Shown here: in pieces, positions 57,274-64,000 of the stretch | Layout: each line of letters begins with the position of its first letter | Numbering within the stretch: position 1 is the first letter of the stretch | From: Woeseiaceae bacterium | GTDB lineage: Bacteria; Pseudomonadota; Gammaproteobacteria; Steroidobacterales; Woeseiaceae | Length of the DNA stretch: 64,000 nucleotides | Assembly: GCA_045110335.1 (NCBI GenBank) | Contig: JBGCGB010000005.1 | Coordinates: 9,603 to 73,602 of the forward strand | Reading direction: 5' to 3' | Position numbers and translations under genes: made by a program | Notes under the pieces: generated by a model | Database searches by the model: none | Seen by the model: only the letters and a program-made list of their open reading frames with translations | Told to the model about the DNA's origin: nothing

Positions 57274-57790
57274 TAAACGTGCGAATGCGTTGTTTTAGTC
57301 GACTGACTTTGCTGGCGACATTGGTTTCCGGGATACCAACGATATTGGCGATTTCTGCATCGGTGTGTTCTTCGAAGTAAAGCAACAACACAGCTCGATT
57401 GAGCGGCTCAAGTGTGGTCATAAACCGTTGTAGCATCTCAATACGAGGGTCATCGTCGAATGGTGTGTCCAGATCGGAAGCTTCATGAATCGATTCGTCG
57501 TAAGCAACGAAGTGGCGGTTCCTTGTCGCTTGTTTACGCACATGTGAGATGGCGACGTTCAATGCGATCCGATAAAGCCACGTTGAAAATGACTTGGCTT
57601 GATCGTATTTACGGTAGGCACGCCATACATGCATCACGATCTCCTGCTCAAGCTCGGCCCGGTCATCCCGGTGCCAGCAATAGGTGCGGGCGACCTTCAA
57701 GACAATGCCGGCGTGCTGTTCCAGTTGTGTGACGAATTGTTGATGAATCGTTGATTGCACCGTAGACATACTCTGGATTTGAATGCTCAT
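57230..57790 (-). CDS. ECF (group 4) RNA polymerase sigma factor
   Basis: Region 2 (ELEQEIVMHVWRAYRKYD...FSTWLYRIALNVAISHVRK) and a region 4 helix-turn-helix (DAEIANIVGIPETNVASKVSRLKQRI). Confidence 0.9.
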   Translation of the reverse strand: MSIQIQSMSTVQSTIHQQFVTQLEQHAGIVLKVARTYCWHRDDRAELEQEIVMHVWRAYRKYDQAKSFSTWLYRIALNVAISHVRKQATRNRHFVAYDESIHEASDLDTPFDDDPRIEMLQRFMTTLEPLNRAVLLLYFEEHTDAEIANIVGIPETNVASKVSRLKQRIRTFSAAQEQRGPDRGTG

Positions 57791-58201
57791 ACCTAGTGAT
57801 TCGCATGAGGGTCAAAATAATCACACGACGTGCTCTTTTTTTTGGTTGCAGCAGTACTTATTCAGACTGGACGCGGTCCGAGCATACCAACCTCAGCGCA
57901 GTAAGTTCCGTGAACCAAGAAAAGTCATTAGCGTGTGCTTGCCTTAGATAGTGGTTTCGGTTGTTGAATCGAGATTCGTTGTCTTGGGTCTGAAAGTTTG
58001 CACTAGCAAGGTTAACCAGCAAACTAAGGTCAATCGCGTTGCATTGGTGCGGGATGGGCCTATCGAGGCTATTTATGCTAAGCCTCTTGTTGCTGACGGC
58101 CATTCACGAAACCGCTATGATTCTCTCTCGAACCAGCACACGGTCCGGAAGAGGTTCATAATGCTCTCCGGGTTTTGGCGAATAACAAAAAGAACAACAT
58201 C

Positions 58202-59983
58202 ATGAAAGTACACAGTTACAAGGCCTTTATTAGCTACAGTCACAAAGATGCCGCATGGGCTAAATGGATTCACCGTGCGCTTGAGAGCTACCGCCTTCCG
58301 GCGAAGCTTGCCGCTGAGCATGGCGTTGAGTCGAATCGTTTGCGTCCGGTATTTCGTGATCGTGATGAGCTTTCAACATCGTCCAGTCTTAGCGATGTTA
58401 TTGAAGCCGCGCTGGCTGCATCCGAGAGTCTTATTGTTATTTGTTCGCCGTCCGCCGCAAAATCAAAATGGGTCAACGAGGAGATAAAGACCTTCAAAGC
58501 AATGGGTCGTGGTGATCGAATTTTCTGTTTGATTGTCGACGGTGACGACGGCACGTTCTTTCCTCCGGCATTGGCAGAGGATGAACCGCTCGGTGTCGAC
58601 CCCCGGCCGAATGCCGACGGGAAGCAGGACGCCAAACTAAAAATAATCTCCGGCTTGTTAGGGATCGGGTTCGCTGAACTCAAGGATCGCGAACAGCGGC
58701 GACGCGCTCGCTTTTTCGCAGCATCGGCTGCCGCGTCGTTGTTGATCGCCGGTATCATGACGGCACTCGCGATCAGCGCGGTGCTTTCGGGACGTGAAGC
58801 GGAACGCAATCGAGCACTGGCCGCGCAATCGCTCAAAGAGGCGGAGGCTGTCTCCGGATTTCTTTCGACGATGTTGGCAGAGGTTGACCCGGAGGCGATG
58901 GGTAATACGATTGTCGAAGATTTTCTGGCGCAGGGTGGCGTTGACTTACTTCCGCCCGGCATCAATGCGACCAATACAGCGCGCTTAGTGCTGGATCAGC
59001 ATCTACTCAACAAGGCGTCTGATGCGGTAAAGACCCAGTTTGCAGAGCAACCCGCAGTAAGCGCACGATTGGATGAGTCGATTGGAGCCAGTTATCACGC
59101 GATAGGATTGTTTGACAAAGCTATCGAGCGGCACACCCGATCTTTGGGTCTATACCGAGAGCAATTTGGGGAAGACGATCGCCGCACATTGCGGGCAAGC
59201 GCGAGTTTGGCGCAATCGTTGCTTTATGAAGGGCGTTTGGATGATTCTGCGGCGGAGTATGAAAGTGCATTGGCGACAAGCCGTGAAATGTATGGCGTTG
59301 AGAATGCAGAAACCCTGGCCATCATGAATGGCTTGGCGATGACTTACACCGACATGGATCGTTTTCCGGAGGCACGTGCGCTGTTAGATGAGGCAGTCCC
59401 ACTCACCGCAACAACGTTTGGCGACGAGCACTCGAATACGCTCGATGTCCGTAACAATCTGGGTTGGGTCTTATACGCAATGGGGGAGTACGAGGCTGCG
59501 GAGAATGTCATTGTGCCGAACCTCAAAGTGCAACGCAGAGTGCAGGGGGAAGAGGCACCACAAACGCTATCGGCACTGAACAATCTTGCTCTGATCTACC
59601 GACGAACGGACCGTCTGGCAGAGGCTGAGGCCGCTCACCGGGAGGAATTGATGATTAGTCAACGTGTCCTGGGCGACGATCATCCGGAAGTGCTGATTTC
59701 TATGCTCAATCTTGGCCGCGTGTTGTTGAGCGCCGAAAAACTTGCTGATGCTGATGAAGTGCTGTCGGATGCTTTGGAAAAATCACGGCGTGTATTGCCA
59801 GCCGTACATCCTTTGTTAGCGGCGATTACGACGGCGACTGGCGAGGTAGCAATGGCCGACGGTCGGCTCGATATGGCGCGTGAGCTGTTTCTGGAAACGC
59901 GCGGGATCTATGAGCAAATGTTTGAGCCCGGACACCCCAGGTTCAAAGGCATTGACGATCTCTTGGGGCAGCTGCAACCCTGA
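58202..59983 (+). CDS. TIR domain - single TM - TPR repeat protein
   Basis: The N-terminal TIR domain has YKAFISYSHKD...RPVFRDRDEL...ESLIVICSPSAAKSKWVNEEI, with Glu94 at 58481-58483 in the W..xE position. EQRRRARFF precedes the TM segment (58712-58786). The C-terminal ~300 aa are TPR_12-like repeats (e.g. ETLAIMNGLAMTYTDMDRFPEARALLDEAV). ATG at 58202. Confidence 0.88.
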   Translation: MKVHSYKAFISYSHKDAAWAKWIHRALESYRLPAKLAAEHGVESNRLRPVFRDRDELSTSSSLSDVIEAALAASESLIVICSPSAAKSKWVNEEIKTFKAMGRGDRIFCLIVDGDDGTFFPPALAEDEPLGVDPRPNADGKQDAKLKIISGLLGIGFAELKDREQRRRARFFAASAAASLLIAGIMTALAISAVLSGREAERNRALAAQSLKEAEAVSGFLSTMLAEVDPEAMGNTIVEDFLAQGGVDLLPPGINATNTARLVLDQHLLNKASDAVKTQFAEQPAVSARLDESIGASYHAIGLFDKAIERHTRSLGLYREQFGEDDRRTLRASASLAQSLLYEGRLDDSAAEYESALATSREMYGVENAETLAIMNGLAMTYTDMDRFPEARALLDEAVPLTATTFGDEHSNTLDVRNNLGWVLYAMGEYEAAENVIVPNLKVQRRVQGEEAPQTLSALNNLALIYRRTDRLAEAEAAHREELMISQRVLGDDHPEVLISMLNLGRVLLSAEKLADADEVLSDALEKSRRVLPAVHPLLAAITTATGEVAMADGRLDMARELFLETRGIYEQMFEPGHPRFKGIDDLLGQLQP

Positions 59984-60193
59984 TGCGGTTGAAGTCGCAA
60001 AGGTGATCGACCTTTATCGCAGCTGATCCCGATGTGGTCATAGCATGGGCTGTGCAACGACCGGTGGCCACGCGACCACCGCTGCTGCGTTTTCGCTGAA
60101 TGTAACTATTAGTCGTAGCAGGTCTTAAATCTACCCGAACAATTCTGTCATCGGTTCGATGAACGATTGCGATAGCGGATGATTTTCGCCGGA

Positions 60194-60934
60194 TCAAAGG
60201 TCGTCGTCGAAATCATCCTCGATTTCAAAGTCGTCTTCTTCCAACGGTGGCTCGCCATCATAAACCAGATAATTTCTGCGTTGCAGATAAGCCTCGCGGA
60301 CAAAAATGTATGGGTCATTGGCTGCGTTAATCTGGTCATCAAGTGATAACAACGATGCACGTATCGACACAATTTGCAGGATCGTCAATTTGTCTTCAGT
60401 GCCAGAATCATCGAGATGTTCGATTAAGCTCGTAGCGCGGTCAACGGGTAATCCAACAACGCCCCGAACGGTAGATGGCCCGAGGAACGGCAGCACGACA
60501 TACGGGCCGCTCGGCACACCCCAGGTTGCCAACGTTTGGCTGAAGTCTTCATTGTGTGCCGGCATGCCGGATTTGGACGCAACATCAAAAAGGCCACCAA
60601 TGCCGATCGTGGAGTTCACTACGAGGCGACCGGTGTCGCTGAGAGCATCTAGTGGTTTGCCTTGTAAGAGATTATTGAGAATGTCGCTGGTGGTACCAAG
60701 GTTACTAAAAAAATTGCTAACACCGCGTTCGAGCACATCTGGTGTGACTGCCCGGTAGCCTCGCGCCAGTGGCTTGAGCAATACACGGTCGGCGCCGTTA
60801 TTAAAAGAAGTCATCGCACGGTTGTAGCCTTCGAAGGTGTCTTCACCGGTACCGGTGGAGCCTGTCGTTGCGCAACCCGAGGTGAGAATAGCCGCGAGCA
60901 GCATCGCGCCGCGAAATTCTTTGTTGAATAGCAT
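60194..60934 (-). CDS. mlaA: MlaA/VacJ family outer-membrane lipoprotein
   Basis: Lipobox ILTSGCAT, then GYNRAMTSFNNGADRVLLKPLARGYRAVTPDVLERGVSNFFSNL. Confidence 0.9.
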   Translation of the reverse strand: MLFNKEFRGAMLLAAILTSGCATTGSTGTGEDTFEGYNRAMTSFNNGADRVLLKPLARGYRAVTPDVLERGVSNFFSNLGTTSDILNNLLQGKPLDALSDTGRLVVNSTIGIGGLFDVASKSGMPAHNEDFSQTLATWGVPSGPYVVLPFLGPSTVRGVVGLPVDRATSLIEHLDDSGTEDKLTILQIVSIRASLLSLDDQINAANDPYIFVREAYLQRRNYLVYDGEPPLEEDDFEIEDDFDDDL

Positions 60935-60957
60935 GGTTAGTCCCTAAAAGTGGTTGG

Positions 60958-62484
60958 CTATCGCGATGCGACCGAGGCGGAACGATCACGCCTCACCTGA
61001 ATCTTTTGTTCTTCGTCTAGGTACTCGCTGACAAAATCAGCGCGTGCCAGGAATCGAGCTCGCTGAATCGGCGTCGTCTTAGGCAAACGCGCACCCCGTC
61101 GCAACAAGACAACTGCCTGCACCAGATTGCCGATCATGATGTTGTATTCGGCCATATAGTAATGCGCTTCGGCGACTTGTTCTGCGTCAATGGCTGCGCG
61201 TGCAATCAACCGGATCTGTTCGGGCGTTGGCGGCACGTTATTGAGCAGGTCCAAAAGGAGTTCGTGTGCCTTGGTTGCCTGATTGGTCTCAAGTAGCAAC
61301 TCGGCATGGCGGATCGTCAAGGGTACGTTTCGCGGGAAAAGCGCCTGTGCTCGATCGAATGTGGCTAATGCATCATTGACTTGATCATTAGCAGCTTGCG
61401 CACGCGCCAAACCGATGTGGTAGGGGATGACCTTGTGTTGTTGTTCGATCAATGCGTTGAAAATAGCTTCTGCCTGGTCTGGACGATTGTTGCGAATAGC
61501 GGCAATGCCACGTCCGTATTTTACCGCTCGCTTTGCGCCATCCGTTTCGTCTTCTTCGGCGTCTTTGGCGAAGTAGTAGGTGGCTTGCTCGGGCGTGTCG
61601 GCATACAGCGCGTGAGTACGCGCTTTCATCAAATCGTAACTGATTGAGTTTGACCGGGAACGTTCGCTGTAGCGTGAGGCTCTGGCTTTGGCTTCGGCGG
61701 TTCTGGAGCTGGACACTGGATGGGTTCGCAAATATTCAAACTGGGCGCCGGGTACCAGTGAGTTATTTGTTTTGCGCCCCATGCGTGCAAAGAAATCTGC
61801 CATTGAGTTGACATCGAAACCGGCGTTGGCCAGCGTATCGATACCAATGCGATCGGCCTCGTATTCGTACCCGCGTGTGAAGTTGATCTGGTTTTGTATG
61901 GCTACGGCTTGAGTTGTCGCCAACGCACCTTCTAACACTTCGCCACTCGCGCTGCTGGCGGCCCCCAATGCAATAGCACCGAGCATAGCGGCCATCGTGA
62001 AGATGCTGGCGCGGGAGTTGTCATGAATGGTGCGGGCGATGTGGCGCTGTGTGACATGGGCAATTTCATGCGCAAGTACACTAGCCAGCTCGCCCTCATT
62101 GCGGGTCAGCTGCAACAGTCCAGTGTGGATACCAATGTAGCCGCCGGGCAGTGCAAAGGCATTAATGCTTGGATCCTCAACGACAAAGAAACGGAAAGTC
62201 TGATCGCCGGTGTTGGTGTTGCCGACCAGCGTGTGGCCAATATCATTGATGTACTCGGTAAGCTCCGGGTCTTGTACGATGCGGCCTTGTTCATGGAACA
62301 TTCGCATCATCGCACGACCAATGCGTGCTTCTTCAGTCTTCGACAAGACGGCATCTGCCGGGCTGCCAATACTGGGCAGTTCGAAAGCCTGCGCGCACGC
62401 AACCGTGGGCGCACAGAGCACGCCCAGCAATGGCAGTACACCTGCGATTGCGAGAATCAGTTTTGTCACAGCGTTATTCGACAT
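60958..62484 (-). CDS. bepA: M48 metalloprotease with TPR domain (BepA/YfgC-like)
   Basis: Zn motif HEIAHVTQRH, a signal peptide, and C-terminal TPRs. I prefer ATG 62484; the ORF extends to 62526. Confidence 0.88.
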   Translation of the reverse strand: MSNNAVTKLILAIAGVLPLLGVLCAPTVACAQAFELPSIGSPADAVLSKTEEARIGRAMMRMFHEQGRIVQDPELTEYINDIGHTLVGNTNTGDQTFRFFVVEDPSINAFALPGGYIGIHTGLLQLTRNEGELASVLAHEIAHVTQRHIARTIHDNSRASIFTMAAMLGAIALGAASSASGEVLEGALATTQAVAIQNQINFTRGYEYEADRIGIDTLANAGFDVNSMADFFARMGRKTNNSLVPGAQFEYLRTHPVSSSRTAEAKARASRYSERSRSNSISYDLMKARTHALYADTPEQATYYFAKDAEEDETDGAKRAVKYGRGIAAIRNNRPDQAEAIFNALIEQQHKVIPYHIGLARAQAANDQVNDALATFDRAQALFPRNVPLTIRHAELLLETNQATKAHELLLDLLNNVPPTPEQIRLIARAAIDAEQVAEAHYYMAEYNIMIGNLVQAVVLLRRGARLPKTTPIQRARFLARADFVSEYLDEEQKIQVRRDRSASVASR

Positions 62485-62546
62485 CTTTGCTCTCTGACCG
62501 TGTCCCTTTGTATATGTTCCCGGCAATGATTACCGGTTACGCCGTA

Positions 62547-63002
62547 TCAGGCGATTTGTTTGGCCGCTTCCAATACCGCTTCTGCATGCCCTTTGACTTT
62601 CACTTTCCGCCATTCCTCGCGCAATTTGCCATCCGCATCGATCAGAAAGGTACTGCGCTCGATGCCCATGACCTTTCGCCCGTACATGTTCTTCTCTTTA
62701 ATCACGTCAAAATAGGCACATAATTTTTCATCGGCATCTGAGATCAACTCGAACGGCATAGAATACTTCGCCTTAAACTTCTCATGAGATGCAAGAGAGT
62801 CTCTGGAAATGCCAAAAATGACGGTGTTAGCTCGTTTGAACTTGGGATAAAGGGTCGTGAAATCAATGCTTTCGTTCGTGCAGCCGGGTGTCGAGTCTTT
62901 GGGATAGAAATAAAGCACGACCTGCTTTCCCCGAAGGCTCTTTAGCTGCACTTCAGCGTCGCTGGTGGCGGGTGCTTTGAAGTCCTTGACGACTCGATTC
63001 AT
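62547..63002 (-). CDS. bcp: Thioredoxin-dependent peroxiredoxin Bcp
   Basis: The YFYPKDSTPGCT peroxidatic Cys motif. Alignment with E. coli Bcp favours ATG 63002; an alternative start lies at 63017. Confidence 0.9.
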   Translation of the reverse strand: MNRVVKDFKAPATSDAEVQLKSLRGKQVVLYFYPKDSTPGCTNESIDFTTLYPKFKRANTVIFGISRDSLASHEKFKAKYSMPFELISDADEKLCAYFDVIKEKNMYGRKVMGIERSTFLIDADGKLREEWRKVKVKGHAEAVLEAAKQIA

Positions 63003-63037
63003 GGTGGGTCCTGGCATCGGGAGTTCCTTGGGTCTGG

Positions 63038-63568
63038 TTAGTGTTTAATGGGCTCAAGAATCCCATCGATATTCATGTGATCACAAAATTGCATGAATTC
63101 TTCGCGCAATTGGGCGATGGAGAGGGTGTTCGGTACGCCTAGATTGGCTTGGATATTGAACATTGGAGTTCCCGTATGTGCCGCCGCATAGCTTTTGGTG
63201 TTGAGCTCCGCTATCTCGATAGATCGTGCGCTAAAAAAGCCCGACACGTTAAAAACGATGCCTTCTTGGTCCATGCAGATTAAGTCACAAGCGTAAGGCA
63301 GCTTGTCTGACGTGCCTTTTTTAGAACTGGTGCTGCGCAGGGACAATTTCAAGTCAGCTTGCTCGGCGAAGGCATCCAGCGCCTGCTCGAGCTTGCTGAT
63401 GGTATGCCAATGGCCGGAAACGAGCAGTAGCATGGCAAACTCACTCCCGAGCGCCGTCATTCGGCTCTCCAGGATGTTGCCATCGTTTTTCATCACGACC
63501 TGCGTAAGATCATGAACCACGCCGGTTCGATCAGGGCCGACAGCAGAAATAACAAGCAGTTGCGACAT
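63038..63568 (-). CDS. gcvR: Glycine cleavage system transcriptional repressor GcvR (tandem ACT domains)
   Basis: LVISAVGPDRTGVVHDLTQVV...ESRMTALGSEFAMLLLVSGHW parallels E. coli GcvR. The gcvR-bcp pair is divergent from dapA, as in E. coli. Confidence 0.85.
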   Translation of the reverse strand: MSQLLVISAVGPDRTGVVHDLTQVVMKNDGNILESRMTALGSEFAMLLLVSGHWHTISKLEQALDAFAEQADLKLSLRSTSSKKGTSDKLPYACDLICMDQEGIVFNVSGFFSARSIEIAELNTKSYAAAHTGTPMFNIQANLGVPNTLSIAQLREEFMQFCDHMNIDGILEPIKH

Positions 63569-63640
63569 CTTTAGTGAATCTCCGGCCGATCGTGGCTCGT
63601 AAATGAGCGCCTGAACATCATTGTACGCGCAATTAACCTT

Positions 63641-63675
63641 GCCGCGAAGTGGCGCGAACCATTAGACTTCGCGGC
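63641..63675 (+). promoter_or_regulatory. Perfect 10-bp inverted repeat/hairpin in the dapA leader
   Basis: GCCGCGAAGT-(15 nt)-ACTTCGCGGC ends 17 nt upstream of the dapA ATG and 5 nt upstream of its CAGGAG Shine-Dalgarno sequence. Confidence 0.35.
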
Positions 63676-63692
63676 TGACTCAGGAGTGTCCT

Positions 63693-64000
63693 ATGTTTCC
63701 CGCCAGTTTGGTTGCTTTGATAACGCCATTTAAGCAGGGCGGGGCGGTCGATTATCCCGCCTTGAAGCGTTTGATTGATTTGCATGCCAGTGCCGGTACG
63801 GATGGTTTGGTTATTGGTGGCACCACTGGCGAATCGGCAACGCTGACTCGGGACGAGCATGCGGCGCTGATCGGTCGCTCTATCGAGATGATTGGTGGGC
63901 GAATGCAATTGATCGCTGGCACGGGCTCGAATTCAACAAGCCAATCGATTGATTTGTCCCAAGCGACGGATATTGATGGCGTCGATGGCTTCCTATTGGT
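63693..64000 (+). CDS. dapA: 4-hydroxy-tetrahydrodipicolinate synthase, N-terminal part (runs off the window)
   Basis: MFPASLVALITPFKQGGAVDYPALKRLIDLHASAGTDGLVIGGTTGESATLTRDEH is the canonical DapA N-terminus. The frame is not in the ORF track because it is still open at the window end. Confidence 0.9.
   Translation, partial: MFPASLVALITPFKQGGAVDYPALKRLIDLHASAGTDGLVIGGTTGESATLTRDEHAALIGRSIEMIGGRMQLIAGTGSNSTSQSIDLSQATDIDGVDGFLL

Noticed and set aside
57822-57850. A possible autoregulated ECF promoter (GCAACC ... CGTC on the minus strand) upstream of the sigma gene at 57790.
   Set aside because: The spacing between the AAC and CGT elements is about 14 nt, not the usual 16-17 nt. Without a transcription start-site map this is not supportable.
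57858-58205. Two overlapping small ORFs (81 aa on the minus strand, 84 aa on the plus strand) in the sigma/TIR intergenic region.
   Set aside because: Neither has a Shine-Dalgarno sequence or a recognisable family, and they exclude each other. I kept the region only as a note in the findings.
63633-63908. A 91-aa minus-strand ORF.
   Set aside because: It is antisense to the clearly recognisable dapA N-terminus, which the ORF track lacks because its frame is still open at the window end.
1-64000. CRISPR arrays, IS elements, integrases, prophage genes, rRNA and tRNA genes.
   Set aside because: I saw no repeat-spacer periodicity, no transposase-, integrase- or phage-like ORF in any frame of the track, and no rRNA or tRNA hallmark strings. 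The accessory block therefore cannot be called a mobile element on this evidence.

Overview
This is a 64-kb chromosomal segment that looks like a moderate-GC gammaproteobacterium. The supporting synteny is rpsF-rpsR-membrane protein-rplI-dnaB-alr, ypjD/ffh, rpsP-rimM-trmD-rplS and gcvR-bcp/dapA, plus a gammaproteobacterial-type Rrf2 SUF regulator. I call about 60 protein genes. I saw no rRNA, tRNA, CRISPR array, transposase or integrase.

Positions 1-43,000 and 60,200-64,000 are mostly core genes:
- icd, with a probable aceK start at the window edge
- a PlpD-like patatin/Omp85 protein
- ribosomal protein operons, dnaB, alr, radA and ffh
- a TatT-type TRAP transporter
- sppA, tdh-kbl and putA
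- a sufBCDSUT operon with its regulator
- mlaFEDCB, mlaA, bepA, bcp, gcvR and dapA

Two things stand out. First, a Hanks-kinase/PP2C/FHA operon with a CHASE2-like sensor sits between alr and radA (8.9-12.7 kb). Second, a ~17-kb accessory block (43.0-60.2 kb) lies between mlaFEDCB and mlaA. It has no mobility genes and is rich in signalling and envelope genes:
- a WHxH-motif membrane protein ending in a Cys-Gly tail
- a 1143-aa lipoprotein with six Calx-beta repeats and a repeat-built C-terminal domain
- an ECF43-like sigma factor whose stop codon is 1 nt from the start of a TM-TPR Ser/Thr kinase
- a second ECF sigma with a polytopic membrane partner
- a single-gene TIR-TM-TPR protein with a Toll-like-receptor-like topology

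Every functional call rests on motif or family recognition by eye. No database search was run.
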